Source of the DNA: Nitrospirales bacterium
GTDB taxonomy: Bacteria; Nitrospirota; Nitrospiria; Nitrospirales; UBA8639
Direction of reading: 5' to 3'
Length of the DNA stretch: 64,000 nt
Assembly: GCA_963555755.3 (NCBI GenBank)
Contig: OY820905.2
Coordinates: 1,056,001-1,120,000, forward strand
Position 1 is the stretch's first letter. The number at the start of each line of letters is the position of its first letter. Under the pieces are notes generated by a model, which saw only the letters and a list, made by a program, of their open reading frames with translations, was not told where the DNA came from and did no database searches. Both the position numbers and the translations under genes were made by a program. Below are positions 1 to 10,111 of this stretch, in pieces.

Positions 1-1244
1 GGAAAGGCAAGAAGGTTATTGCTTTGGTTCGGATAATCCGATCGTCCACTCGCATAAATGCGGCATTTTTTTGATGCGGCTTCTGGCGAAATTTCTGGCT
101 CAGGATTGGAAAGGGCAAAGACAATGGCATCAGGCGCCATAGGATTCAAATCGTCGGACTTCAGAATGTTTCCGGTGGAAAGCCCAATAAACACATCTGC
201 ATCTTTCAAGGCATCTTGCAACGTCCCGGTTGGCTGATCGTAGTGAATGAAGTTGGTAAGATGATCATGTGTCGATCGAAGAACATCCATGCGTTCATCC
301 AAAACCAACCCTTTTATGTCGCATCCCATGACCTGCCCCACACCGGCGGAAATTAACAACTGGCAACACGCCGTACCTGCAGCACCCAAGCCGTTGACCA
401 CCACCTTGGTCTGATCGAGCTGGCGGTTGGTGACTTTTAACGCGTTCCGTAACGCCGCCAAAATCACGACCGCGGTACCATGTTGATCATCATGCATCAC
501 GGGAATATCGAGAGTGGCCTGCAACCGTCGTTCAATTTCAAAACACCGAGGGGCGCTGATGTCTTCGAGATTAATGCCCCCAAATCCTGAAGCAATGTTG
601 GTAATGGTCTGAATAATCTCATCAGGGTCCCGCGTACTGAGGCAAATGGGCCACGCATCGATTCCCGCGAACTGTTGAAACAGCATCACTTTCCCCTCCA
701 TCACCGGAAGCGCGGCTGCAGACCCAAGATCCCCGAGTCCTAAAATAGCTGAACCATCGGTCACGACAGCGACGCAATTACTTTTGATCGTGAAGCGATA
801 CGCCAAGTTTGGATCTTTGGCGATGGCTTGCGACACGCGACCGACACCAGGAGTGTAGGCCATGGAAAGCGTGTTCCGGGTGGTAATTTGAAACTTGCTC
901 CCCATTTTAATTTTTCCACCAAGGTGTAACATGAAAATCCGATCCGACGCAGAGAGCACTTTGACGTCAGGAAGTTTACCAAGCCGGTCAAGCACTCGCT
1001 GTGCATGCTCTTCACTTTTAGTATCCAGCGTGATGTCTCGCACCACCTTGGTCTTGGTGGCTGACACCATATCCACAGCCCCAATGCTTGCGCCTTCTTC
1101 GGCCAGGAGATTGGCCAGTATGGCAAACACGCCAGGTCGCTGCGTGAGTTCGAGACGAACGGCTAACCGGTAATTGAAATAGGGACCAATATCTTTTTCC
1201 GGACGATAGGAATCTTTACTGAGACCAAGCCAACGCCAAATCAT
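1..1244 (-). CDS. NAD(P)-dependent malic enzyme with N-terminal ACT domain (3' end runs off window)
   Basis: Manual translation from ATG at 1244 (GAGGAG upstream): MIWRWLGL...AYTPGV...VVTDGSAILGLGDLG...PVMEGK...FGGINLEDISAPRCFEIE...HDDQHGTAVV, all malic enzyme motifs. Confidence 0.92.
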   Translation of the reverse strand, partial: MIWRWLGLSKDSYRPEKDIGPYFNYRLAVRLELTQRPGVFAILANLLAEEGASIGAVDMVSATKTKVVRDITLDTKSEEHAQRVLDRLGKLPDVKVLSASDRIFMLHLGGKIKMGSKFQITTRNTLSMAYTPGVGRVSQAIAKDPNLAYRFTIKSNCVAVVTDGSAILGLGDLGSAAALPVMEGKVMLFQQFAGIDAWPICLSTRDPDEIIQTITNIASGFGGINLEDISAPRCFEIERRLQATLDIPVMHDDQHGTAVVILAALRNALKVTNRQLDQTKVVVNGLGAAGTACCQLLISAGVGQVMGCDIKGLVLDERMDVLRSTHDHLTNFIHYDQPTGTLQDALKDADVFIGLSTGNILKSDDLNPMAPDAIVFALSNPEPEISPEAASKKCRIYASGRSDYPNQSNNLLAF

Positions 1245-1606
1245 AGCTCTCCTCTATATTGAAGATGAAACTCAGCTTACCGTCTGTACGTATGTTTCTT
1301 GTGACTTACGGAAGGGTAAGTAGTTCTGTGGATAACGAATAAAGCAGGTACTGGTATGGAATAATTAACAACGAACCTGACCAGAACTCCGGGTCTTTGT
1401 CAAGGACACAGAAAAGAAGAAAATGGGATCACCCCTTACCTTCAACATTCTACATGTCCACTATTCGTTGTGGAGTTAACTCGTTGTCCAGAACCAAAGG
1501 ACTGGACATATTCCTCCAGACAATACCTCTGTGGAAAGTATCCCCGGAGCCTTTCTCACCGGCAAAAAATTTCTCTGCTTTCCTTTCACGTCAATAAATC
1601 CTTCAT

Positions 1607-2059
1607 TTAGGTATTATGGCCTTGGGAGAAAAAAAGCCCTCGATTCACATCTCCCATACTAATCATTCCCACTAATTTGCCGTTTTCTTCGACAGGAATT
1701 CGGCGAAAGTGTTTCAGGCCCATATAGGATGCCGCTTGGAGGATGGGATCGTGTGGAGCAACCGTCAAGGGATTCTTGGTCATAATATCACCAACAGGTT
1801 TCTTCATGACATCCGGATATCCCTCTTCCATTTCTTCGAAGTCTCGACTATGAACATTGTCGTGAATGTAATCCCCGTAATTAGGATATAATGGGATCAT
1901 GACGTCCCGAACAGCCACTAAGCCCAGCAGTTTACCTTCATCATCAACGACGGGAATCGCCCCACAATGTCGGCTCAGCATTTTGCCTACCACCGAACGT
2001 ACCGTGTCTGTAGCTTTAGCGGTAACGACACCCGTAGACATAACATCTCCTACAATCAT
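1607..2059 (-). CDS. CBS domain pair protein
   Basis: VGDVMST...GAIPVVDDEGKLLGLV; VGDIMTKNPLTV...RRIPVEENGKLVGMISMGD. Confidence 0.9.
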   Translation of the reverse strand: MIVGDVMSTGVVTAKATDTVRSVVGKMLSRHCGAIPVVDDEGKLLGLVAVRDVMIPLYPNYGDYIHDNVHSRDFEEMEEGYPDVMKKPVGDIMTKNPLTVAPHDPILQAASYMGLKHFRRIPVEENGKLVGMISMGDVNRGLFFSQGHNT

Positions 2060-2231
2060 ACCTTTCTCCTCTTCACTCCGCTCCCCATGGAACTAGTCAT
2101 GTAATATGAAACCCATAAGGCCGCAAGAATAACAAGACCCTCTGACCAGAGCAACAGGCTCTATTGACTTTCATGAAACCAAACTAGGAATGGGGGATGC
2201 GGCCAGCAGGCCACCACTACCGACGGGATGA

Positions 2232-2588
2232 CGGATCAATCCCAATTTTGGTGGAGTAAGGCGAAACCCTCTTACACTCCGCCCGTATCACCCCTCGTCC
2301 ATTGTCATTTTGACCCTTGGGAGAACTCTCCCCCATTCCCGCCCGGGTCACGTTCTTTCGGGCCAAGCGATTTCTCCTTGCACTCGAAATGACAGAAAGA
2401 AGCCTTCTAGTTGTTCATCCAACCAGACTTGCTCCTTACCACTTCCGCCTCTTGTCATTTCGACCCTTGGGAGAAATCTCGCCATTCCTGCCACGCCTGA
2501 GCAGGCTGTTCACCCCTCAACACGGTCCCCATGACCTGCGGCGGGCCATGGAATAGGTCCCAATTCCACCAAAATGGCAACGGGTCCG
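2232..2588. mobile_element. 357-bp MITE (family F), copy 1
   Basis: Imperfect TIR CGGATCAATCCCAATTTTGGTGGA / TCCACCAAAATGGCAACGGGTCCG; 6-bp direct repeat GGATGA at 2226-2231 and 2589-2594; near-identical inverted copy at 40178-40534; internal TGTCATTTCGAC..GAGAAATCT REP-like units. Confidence 0.85.
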
Positions 2589-2715
2589 GGATGACTAAAA
2601 AACGGGTCATACAGAATTAATGGTTCTAGCATTTGAAATCTTGGGGGAAGGGGCCTAAGCCGCAGAATATCTGCCAGGGTGAACCGCACAGATGTCCCTT
2701 CGCCAAGTGAAGAGA

Positions 2716-2837
2716 TCCCCCTCTTTGAAAAAGAGGGGTGAGGGGAGATTTCTCTCGTGCACCTCAGGCTAGGCAGACGGTGTGACGTCACCCGGCCCGC
2801 CTCAAATCCCCCCTACCCCCCTTTGCAAAAGGGGGCA
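2716..2837. repeat. REP-like GC hairpins (CCCCTCTTTGAAAAAGAGGGG, CCCCCTTTGCAAAAGGGGG)
   Basis: Short palindromes of the same type as those at 5530-5920. Confidence 0.6.
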
Positions 2838-3050
2838 GAAAAGGACCAACGGTTCCACCAACATGGGATTGATACCATTGTGGTCAGGATTGTGAATCGG
2901 TATGGGTAGAACCATGTATTCCGTATGATCCTAAAAAACGTATACTTACCTCAGGCTTGTTCCATTAGCGCCACACCGTTCCAATTTGTGCCGGAAAGAT
3001 CACGTCTCAGTTTCTACCAAGCCACAGAGTCAAAAAGTCAGTGGTCCCTT

Positions 3051-4868
3051 TTAAAAAGGCAACTTGAAACCGCCAGGGAGTGTGTCAGGTAGTCCTTTGG
3101 GTAACCCTTTTTGGGGAAGCCCTTGTTTAAGCAGACCGTTGAGGAGGTTATCTTCTTTTCCCAAACGGCTCGTGAGATCGCCGCCGATGGAGTCCAGCCC
3201 ACTAAAAGAACCGGTGAGACTTTTGAGGGGTTCAGCCACCCTTGCAGAAATGGCGGACTGCAGATCCTTGCCAAAACTGGCGGCGAGGTTCTTCACCATT
3301 TTGCCCGCCGCGTCTTTCAATACGCGATCGAGCTCTGAACGAATCTGCACATCATACTGCTGAAGTGTTCCCGTCACGTCGGCTTGCACCGAAAGGGTTG
3401 AAATATCGGAGACCGCTCCACTTAATGCTTTGGTTAACGGGTTGGCATCGTCAGGCTTCCCTGCCGAAACTTGGAGTGATGACAACTCGGTATTCCCGGT
3501 AGCCGTAATCGCTTGGCCGCGCAGTTCCGCATTCACCGTCACATCAGCAAATCCATTCTCTACCGTCACTGGCCAATCGGGTTGTGTGGATAGGGCCACC
3601 GGCCGTACTCGATACCTATTCGCGCGGAATTTCATGGTGTCTGTGGGATGAGCCGAGTCACGATGATCCAGTACTCCCTCAATGGTCACACCCTGAAGAC
3701 CTTTCAACTGCTCTCCGGCAAAAGCATAAGTAAGCGGCCTGCCAAGGGTAGCTGGATCCGGGGTGATATTCTCGATCGTGCCCCTCAGTTCACCGATGTC
3801 CAAGAGCAACGATATCTTGGCTAAGCGAATTAAAAACTCAGGTAAAGGTTCATGTTCTTGAAAGTGAATGTCCTGGCCCTCGCCCCGTGTCGGACCGGCT
3901 TTTTCACTAGTCGAACCATGGCCAGCCTCCATCCCTTCAAGATACGGCTCGAGCATGTCATACCAACCAGCAGCCTCCTTAAGTTTCGCGCCGATGTGTT
4001 TTCCCAATAAGGTTTGGCCAAGGTTGGCCAGCCCTTTTGGAGATAGACTATATTTCTCTTTCAGCCGTTGCACATCACGCTGTGGGGCGGTCTGGATTTG
4101 GACGAAACGCTGATTGAGCAACGCGACCTTTTCGCCGAACTCTTTCCGAGCCATTTTCAGGTTGGCCAGGTCTTGTTCGATGTCTTTCTTGATGGTGTTG
4201 AGCTCATCCACGCCACCAAGAATGCCACCAATCCCTCCTTTGGTGGAATTCTTCAAGCCCTCAATGCGTTTCTGATATTTGGCGAATTCCGCTTTACCTG
4301 GCAGAGTCTCCAGTCGTTGTTTCCACACCTCGCGTTCCCGCTGAATATCGGTCTGAATGGCTCGAATGAGTTTCAACGTTTCCAGGTCTTCCTGCTCCAA
4401 GATCCGTTGAACATTCGGCACTTCAAGAGGAGGCAAGGTAAACGTCGAATCATCTTGCGATGTACCAGGGGTACCACCCCGCGCTCGATCATCAATCGCC
4501 CCTGATGTCGATCGAGCAGTCCCAAACTGCACTCCGTCTACCTGCATCTCATCAATAATGACTTTACGCCCCAGCAACTGTAACCCATCTAGATTCATGG
4601 TCAGGCGCGCGATTTCGACCGAGTTCGTCATAGGCTCATCGGGATTCGTGACTTGAAGACGCGTCAGCGTCAAGCCAGTAGGGAACAACGTCAAATCGGC
4701 AGCCTCGAGTTCCACTTTCGCGCCAACCGCGGCAGTTCCCTCCTCTTCAATCTTGGCTTTCACCAACCCATCCACGACCAACAGCCACAACAAGGCAAGG
4801 CCAGCAACGAGAACGAGGAAAACGCCTAATCCCCACCAGCGAATCAACCCTGTTTTCGGCTGGGTCAT
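3051..4868 (-). CDS. TIGR03545 family membrane-anchored protein
   Basis: 605 aa, N-terminal IRWWGL transmembrane anchor, GAKVEL motif, coiled coil; directly downstream of a TIGR03546-like gene. Confidence 0.8.
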   Translation of the reverse strand: MTQPKTGLIRWWGLGVFLVLVAGLALLWLLVVDGLVKAKIEEEGTAAVGAKVELEAADLTLFPTGLTLTRLQVTNPDEPMTNSVEIARLTMNLDGLQLLGRKVIIDEMQVDGVQFGTARSTSGAIDDRARGGTPGTSQDDSTFTLPPLEVPNVQRILEQEDLETLKLIRAIQTDIQREREVWKQRLETLPGKAEFAKYQKRIEGLKNSTKGGIGGILGGVDELNTIKKDIEQDLANLKMARKEFGEKVALLNQRFVQIQTAPQRDVQRLKEKYSLSPKGLANLGQTLLGKHIGAKLKEAAGWYDMLEPYLEGMEAGHGSTSEKAGPTRGEGQDIHFQEHEPLPEFLIRLAKISLLLDIGELRGTIENITPDPATLGRPLTYAFAGEQLKGLQGVTIEGVLDHRDSAHPTDTMKFRANRYRVRPVALSTQPDWPVTVENGFADVTVNAELRGQAITATGNTELSSLQVSAGKPDDANPLTKALSGAVSDISTLSVQADVTGTLQQYDVQIRSELDRVLKDAAGKMVKNLAASFGKDLQSAISARVAEPLKSLTGSFSGLDSIGGDLTSRLGKEDNLLNGLLKQGLPQKGLPKGLPDTLPGGFKLPF

Positions 4869-5386
4869 CCGCCACCTCCAAAGTGTGGAAGAGATTGGTA
4901 GAGGTGGTACACCTTGCTGGCTTTGAAGAATTGCATCAGCCGGGTCTTTTCGATCCAGGCCAACACATGCTCACGGTAGCGCAGAATCAAACCGTTGGAG
5001 AGGAAATACAGTGGAACGAAGAACGCCAACGAAAAGACCACGCTTCCCATAACGATGGTATTATTGAAACGAGCAAACCGCCAAAGCGTGGAGTTATACA
5101 GCGAGGTCCACAGTCCTTCGAGTGCAGGGGCCGTGAGAATTTGAACCCCATTCCAATGGAACACCGGGTCCAGGAGATACGCCATCCCAGAGAACACCAC
5201 TAGTCCCAGCAGAAAAGCCGAAAGGTTCACGCGAAGGATCAAAATGAGCAGGAGCACGACCAGGTTATGCAGACCGACCAACGGAGTCAGCCCCGCAACC
5301 ATGGCAAAGCAAAAGCCCAGTGAAATCTGGCCAGGATTCGTTTCAGAGTTCAGAACTCTGAGCAATCGTGCAATTAAGCGAAGCAT
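4865..5386 (-). CDS. TIGR03546 family membrane protein
   Basis: LNSETNPGQISLGF...GLTP...RFNNTIVMGS motifs; 4-bp overlap with partner gene. Confidence 0.85.
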   Translation of the reverse strand: MLRLIARLLRVLNSETNPGQISLGFCFAMVAGLTPLVGLHNLVVLLLILILRVNLSAFLLGLVVFSGMAYLLDPVFHWNGVQILTAPALEGLWTSLYNSTLWRFARFNNTIVMGSVVFSLAFFVPLYFLSNGLILRYREHVLAWIEKTRLMQFFKASKVYHLYQSLPHFGGGG

Positions 5387-5494
5387 AACCTGCCTAATGT
5401 AGAGAGGATATGAGGAGGAATCTGACTATAAACAGCCAAGCCAAAATGTCAAGGTGAGTTATCGTTCGAACATAAGGGACTGGTGAATCTCGTT

Positions 5495-5920
5495 ATTCCC
5501 CGGTGCTTTGCGACGGGGTTACCATTGCGGTCCCCCCTTTGGAAAAGGGGGTTAGGGGGATTTTCAAATAATACAGTTTCCTCAAAATTCCCCGTTGCTT
5601 GCTTCGGGGTGACCTAATGAGGTCCCCCCTTTGGAAAAGGGGGATAGGGGGATTTTCCAATTATTTAATCCTCTAAATACCCCGTAGTCTTGCTGCAGGG
5701 ATCTTTATTTAATCGATTCTTCCAAGTTTTCCGTCGGTAAACCCTGTATCACTGATTTGGTTTGCCAGAGAGAGCCAATTAGTAATTCCTCCCCTTTGTA
5801 AGGGGAGGCAAGGTGGGGTAGAATCCCCGACGTATCGGGTAAGATTGAAGTTTTCATTCACCACTCCCCTACAAAGAGGCTACCTCCCCTCCGTCCCTCC
5901 TTACGAAGGTGGGGGACTCA
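5495..5920. repeat. Intergenic cluster of ~91-bp tandem units and palindromes
   Basis: ATTCCCCG..GCTT..CGGGG hairpin followed by GGTCCCCCCTTTGGAAAAGGGGG.TAGGGGGATTTT at 5495 and 5587, partial third unit at 5677; CCTCCCCTTTGTAAGGGGAGG-type hairpins at ~5788 and ~5893. Confidence 0.7.
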
Positions 5921-5975
5921 AGGACGATCAGCCAAGATTTTTACCCATGCTCATGTCGGAAGAGCCAATTTTTCC

Positions 5976-7553
5976 ATGAACACAGCTAAGCAACAAAGCT
6001 GGCGGCAGTCATTACGGGCCTTCGCACACCCTCGGGTGATCACCATGTTGTTTCTCGGCTTCTCCGCCGGAATTCCCCTTCTGTTAATTTTTTCATCTTT
6101 GTCCCTGTGGTTGCGTGAAGCGGGAGTCGAACGAGCAGCCGTCACTTTTTTCAGTTGGGCCGCGCTGGGCTATTCCTTCAAGTTCGTGTGGGCGCCGCTC
6201 GTCGATAGATTGCCCATCCCCTTCTTGACACAAAAGCTAGGGCGGCGACGTGGATGGATGCTTCTGGCCCAATGCTCCATCATTGCGGCCATTGCTAGCA
6301 TGGCCCTCATTGATCCCGCCAGTGGACAAAACAGCCTCACGCTAATGGCCATAGCTGCCGTGCTGCTTGGATTTTCTTCCGCCACCCAGGATATCGTGAT
6401 TGATGCCTACCGGATCGAATCGGCAGAAAGATCGCTCCAGGCCATGATGTCATCCACCTATATCGCGGGCTACCGCATCGCAATGCTGGTCGCGGGGGCA
6501 GGCGCCCTGTTTCTGGCCAGTGCATTCGGGTCCGTCAAAGGCGCCTATAGCTATCAGGCCTGGCAAGGGGCCTATTTCATCATAGCCAGTGCCATGCTGG
6601 TGGGCGTGATCACAACACTCGTCATTCCAGAACCAACCACCAATCGAACAAGTATGGCCTCTTATTCGCCCAAGGAATATGCAAGATTCTTATTCATGTT
6701 TGTCGCCGCGGCCACCGCCTTTATCTTGACCTTTTACTATTCAGCCGAGCTGTCGGATCACATCACCAAAGAATTCACAGACGTGGTTGGCACCAAACAG
6801 TTAGCGGGTTTTGTCGTAGAAACAGCAAGGCTGATCACAGGGGTCTTCGTGGCATGGCTTGTCGCAACTCTCATTATTCGAGCGGGTGTCGTAAGTCGGA
6901 GCATGATGCAGGAAACGTACATCGCCCCAGTGAAAGATTTCTTTGGACGCTATGGGAAAAAGTCAGCCATCCTGCTTTTGGTGCTGATTGGGGTGTACCG
7001 CATTTCCGATATCGTGCTGGGTGTGATTGCCAATGTGTTTTACCAGGATATGGGATTCACCAAAGTCGAGATTGCCAGTGTGGTGCAAACATTTGGATTG
7101 TTCATGACCATCGCCGGCGGCTTTTTGGGAGGCATTCTTTCCGTACAATACGGCGTGATCCGCATACTGTTCGTAGGCGCCCTACTATCGGCAGCGACAA
7201 ACCTGCTATTTATGGTGCTAGCCTCAATAGGACATGATCTCAGCATGCTCTACCTGGTGATATCAGTCGACAACCTTTCGGCAGGATTAGCCAGTGCCGC
7301 CTTTGTCGCGTTCCTCTCCAGCCTCACGAATATCCAGTTTACCGCCATGCAATATGCCATCTTCAGCTCGCTCATGACCTTATTCCCAAAAATCCTGGGG
7401 GGCTACTCGGGAACCATCGTAGACAGCATCGGCTATTCAAGTTTCTTCATCATGACGGCGTTATTAGGCATTCCGGTACTCTTCCTCGTGTGGCGTGCCG
7501 GAGGTTTTGTAGAAATCCAGCAATCCGCCAAAGCCCTCAAAGAATTAAAATAG
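5976..7553 (+). CDS. ampG: AmpG family muropeptide MFS transporter
   Basis: LFLGFSAGIPLLL, KFVWAPLVD, LGRRRGW, SATQDIVIDAYRIE, TAMQYAIFSSL. Confidence 0.92.
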   Translation: MNTAKQQSWRQSLRAFAHPRVITMLFLGFSAGIPLLLIFSSLSLWLREAGVERAAVTFFSWAALGYSFKFVWAPLVDRLPIPFLTQKLGRRRGWMLLAQCSIIAAIASMALIDPASGQNSLTLMAIAAVLLGFSSATQDIVIDAYRIESAERSLQAMMSSTYIAGYRIAMLVAGAGALFLASAFGSVKGAYSYQAWQGAYFIIASAMLVGVITTLVIPEPTTNRTSMASYSPKEYARFLFMFVAAATAFILTFYYSAELSDHITKEFTDVVGTKQLAGFVVETARLITGVFVAWLVATLIIRAGVVSRSMMQETYIAPVKDFFGRYGKKSAILLLVLIGVYRISDIVLGVIANVFYQDMGFTKVEIASVVQTFGLFMTIAGGFLGGILSVQYGVIRILFVGALLSAATNLLFMVLASIGHDLSMLYLVISVDNLSAGLASAAFVAFLSSLTNIQFTAMQYAIFSSLMTLFPKILGGYSGTIVDSIGYSSFFIMTALLGIPVLFLVWRAGGFVEIQQSAKALKELK

Positions 7554-7880
7554 AGCCGAAATTCCCTCTGTTGATTTGCCGTGTTAGAAATCACCTAATT
7601 TTACGGGGCCACTCACAAATATTCTTCGATCTCTTTTTAAAAAACGTTTCGGTCAGGTATGTGTCTCTACGCCGCCACGGAGCAAGGGTACCAAGGGGCG
7701 AAAAATAAAAAAGTCAATACTCATGCCTGACCCCATTTCTGACCCCAAACGCTAAAACACGCGTACCGGCCCCCATATGACCCCCCTATACTATACTTTT
7801 CCAGAGCCTCACTATTCGGTGTGCGAGATTTTGATATGGCGACAACGTTGATATCCAGATCCCCTCAATGCCGAACCTTC

Positions 7881-7908
7881 TTGACAATAGTATCAATAGT
7901 GATATTAT
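7881..7908 (+). promoter_or_regulatory. Sigma70-type promoter of hicAB with overlapping inverted repeat (likely antitoxin operator)
   Basis: TTGACA at 7881, TGaTATTAT extended -10 at 7900-7908, TATCA-atag-TGATA palindrome; 6 nt before GTG start. Confidence 0.6.
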
Positions 7909-7914
7909 TCTAGG

Positions 7915-8172
7915 GTGGCTCGAATTGAAGATATTGTCGCCTCCATGCGGAGAAATCCGAGCCAAGTTCGGTTCTCTGATCTTTCAAGGGTTTGTGATTT
8001 CTACTTTGGGAAAGCCAGGCACAAGGGAACAAGCCATAGGATTTATAAAACAACGTGGTCGGGCGACCCGAGAGTCAACATCCAAAACTCGAAGGGGAAA
8101 GCGAAGAGATATCAAGTCAAACAAGTTCTCTTGGCAATTGAAAGGATACATTATGAAAGTGCGAAGCAATGA
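7915..8172 (+). CDS. hicA: HicA-like toxin
   Basis: 85 aa, NPSQVRFSDL...GTSHRIYKTTW.GDPRVNIQ..GKAKRYQVKQV. Confidence 0.85.
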   Translation: MARIEDIVASMRRNPSQVRFSDLSRVCDFYFGKARHKGTSHRIYKTTWSGDPRVNIQNSKGKAKRYQVKQVLLAIERIHYESAKQ

Positions 8173-8485
8173 TCATTATACCTACCGAGTGACTTGGTCG
8201 GAGGATGACCAAGAATTTGTAGGTCTTTGCACAGAATTTCCAAGCCTGAGTTGGCTGGCATCTTCGCAAGAAGCTGCGCTTCGCGGTATTCGGGCGGTAG
8301 TGGCTCAAGTGATCGTTGATATGAAGAAGAATCGTGAATTAATCCCTGAACCGTTGGCCAGCCGCCCATTCAGTGGCAAATTCATGGTCAGAGTCCCTCC
8401 GGAGATTCATCGCCGTCTTGTTGTGGAAGCCGCAGAGTCTGGGGTGAGTCTTAACCGATTAGCGAGTGCAAAGCTTTCTCACTGA
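8153..8485 (+). CDS. hicB: HicB family antitoxin
   Basis: YTYRVTWSEDDQEFVGLCTEFPSLSW...FSGKFMVRVPPEIHRRL..EAAESGVSLN; ATG at 8153 overlaps hicA. Confidence 0.88.
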   Translation: MKVRSNDHYTYRVTWSEDDQEFVGLCTEFPSLSWLASSQEAALRGIRAVVAQVIVDMKKNRELIPEPLASRPFSGKFMVRVPPEIHRRLVVEAAESGVSLNRLASAKLSH

Positions 8486-8541
8486 AAAGATTCGAATCGA
8501 ATAAGGAGTGCGCACTTGCCTTTTTATGGCTTCGAGAAGCT

Positions 8542-8800
8542 TTATTCATGGGGTTTCTTTCCATGAAGGGCACGGAATATGCGGAGTTGGCCGTAATCAC
8601 AGAGGTCACCGAGAAGTTCTTTGGCGCCGGTTAAATTTCCAAACCCGGTTTGGGCAAAGGCCGCGGCGATTTGAGCCTGTTGGTCAGGGGGTAACAGTCG
8701 ATTGATGCCCACTGGTTCACCGGCTTGGATGGCTTGTTCTAGGTGCCCATAGATGGTGCTGTTCACCAATCTGGTCTTGCCCCGGTTTCGTGGACAGGTT
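8542..8800 (-). pseudogene. Orphan fragment resembling a RecQ C-terminal helix-turn-helix region
   Basis: STIYGHLEQAIQAGE...AQIAAAFAQTG..NLTGAKELLGD.CDYGQLR; no helicase domain upstream. Confidence 0.55.
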
Positions 8801-9343
8801 TGTAAAGAGTAAATAAGCTTTTTGAATGGCATGACACACCTCCTGGCGCATTCTCGCGCTTTTCAGATGTGTCCACCAAATCGGGGATAGACCAGTTTTT
8901 ATAACAACCACCGGCACCATTCAACACTGGGCTCCTCAGCCCCAATGATGAGTTTGAAGCCCAGGCGAGGGAGGCTGTAAAAACGCGTGGGTGAGAAAAG
9001 GGAGGGATCTTGGATATGGGTCGCGAGGCGATCGTGGCGTGTGGGGCAACCTCGAACGAGAGTATTGCCGGTCACCACAGGGAAATCGGGCCGGCGGCCC
9101 CAAACTAGGAGACACGCTTTACGGAGAGCCAAGCGGACTGAACCCGGTGTCCGTTTTCATTGAACCAATATAAGTGCCCCCTGGTACAAATCGTATCATC
9201 CATGGTGATTTGGTTAAAATCAGCGCAAGGATCTATAGATTTCAACTTTGGGTTGAAGATGGGGGATGGAAGGAGGCGGAATTGCTCCAACCTCCTCCAC
9301 AGAGTCACGCAAACCGGAGGGCACTTTCTTATCCCTTCAAAAA

Positions 9344-9808
9344 TCAGCCACCGATATGCGCTTGCAAAATGCCTGAGTCTTTTATGCTTGGATTATCCGG
9401 GGCGAGGTCCAGGGCCATTTTGAAATGATTCGTAGCCTCACCATGGTTTCCGAGTTTGTCTAGCGTCAACGCGAGATTATAGTGAGCCTCCGCGAGTTTG
9501 GCATTCGCCGCGATGGCCTTTTGAAAATGTTCCTGTGCCGCATCCCAATGGCTTTCTTGATAATGACTGACTCCCTCCTTGTTGTCTCCAGCCCCAGCGG
9601 CATCCTCAGGTGCGAGGAGCGCCACAGGTTCTGTTGCTGGAGCCGCGGTATCCATTTTGGTATCCACTGAAGTTTCTGCAGAGGATTCAGCTTCACTCGT
9701 TGCAGTTGGTTCAGACTTCGATGGTTCTGAAACTTGACCTGAATCGCAGCCACTTATTAACCCAACGATCGATACAACTAGCACTAACGCGAATACTTGC
9801 CGCTTCAT
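9344..9808 (-). CDS. TPR repeat lipoprotein
   Basis: MKRQVF...LISGC lipobox; AEAHYNLALTLDKLG TPR; AGGAG upstream of ATG 9808. Confidence 0.8.
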   Translation of the reverse strand: MKRQVFALVLVVSIVGLISGCDSGQVSEPSKSEPTATSEAESSAETSVDTKMDTAAPATEPVALLAPEDAAGAGDNKEGVSHYQESHWDAAQEHFQKAIAANAKLAEAHYNLALTLDKLGNHGEATNHFKMALDLAPDNPSIKDSGILQAHIGG

Positions 9809-10111
9809 AAGATTTCTCCTTCTTTGGATGGTGATCGAAAATTCTGGAATTTGGCAGGCCCAGGAATTGTGAATTGTCCGAGATACTCTTCTCGGTGCAA
9901 TGAGCATCCCAGTGGGGATAGTCCTCCATAACGGAGCCCGTCATTATCCCAACCCTGAATTAGTTGTCTTGTCAACCCTAATGAAAAGAAAAATAAGGAA
10001 TGAATGTGAGCGTGCCTGCGTGAAAAGGACTTTAGAGCAAGAAGCTTGTACCTATTCTCCGCGAAACTGTCAAGCCCAAGAAGATAATGGCATTTCACAA
10101 AATTGGGGCCA

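Noticed and set aside
1380..1600. Possible ncRNA in the malic enzyme/CBS intergenic region
   Set aside because: Short hairpins exist, but I cannot match them to any RNA family.
5495..5710. CRISPR array
   Set aside because: Only about 2.5 degenerate ~91-bp units with no unique spacers and no cas genes; better explained as REP-like palindromes.
8965..9135. Possible small IS-derived element (GGCTGTAAAAACGCGTG ... CACGCTTTACGGAGAGCC)
   Set aside because: The inverted match is weak, with no TSD and no second copy in the window.
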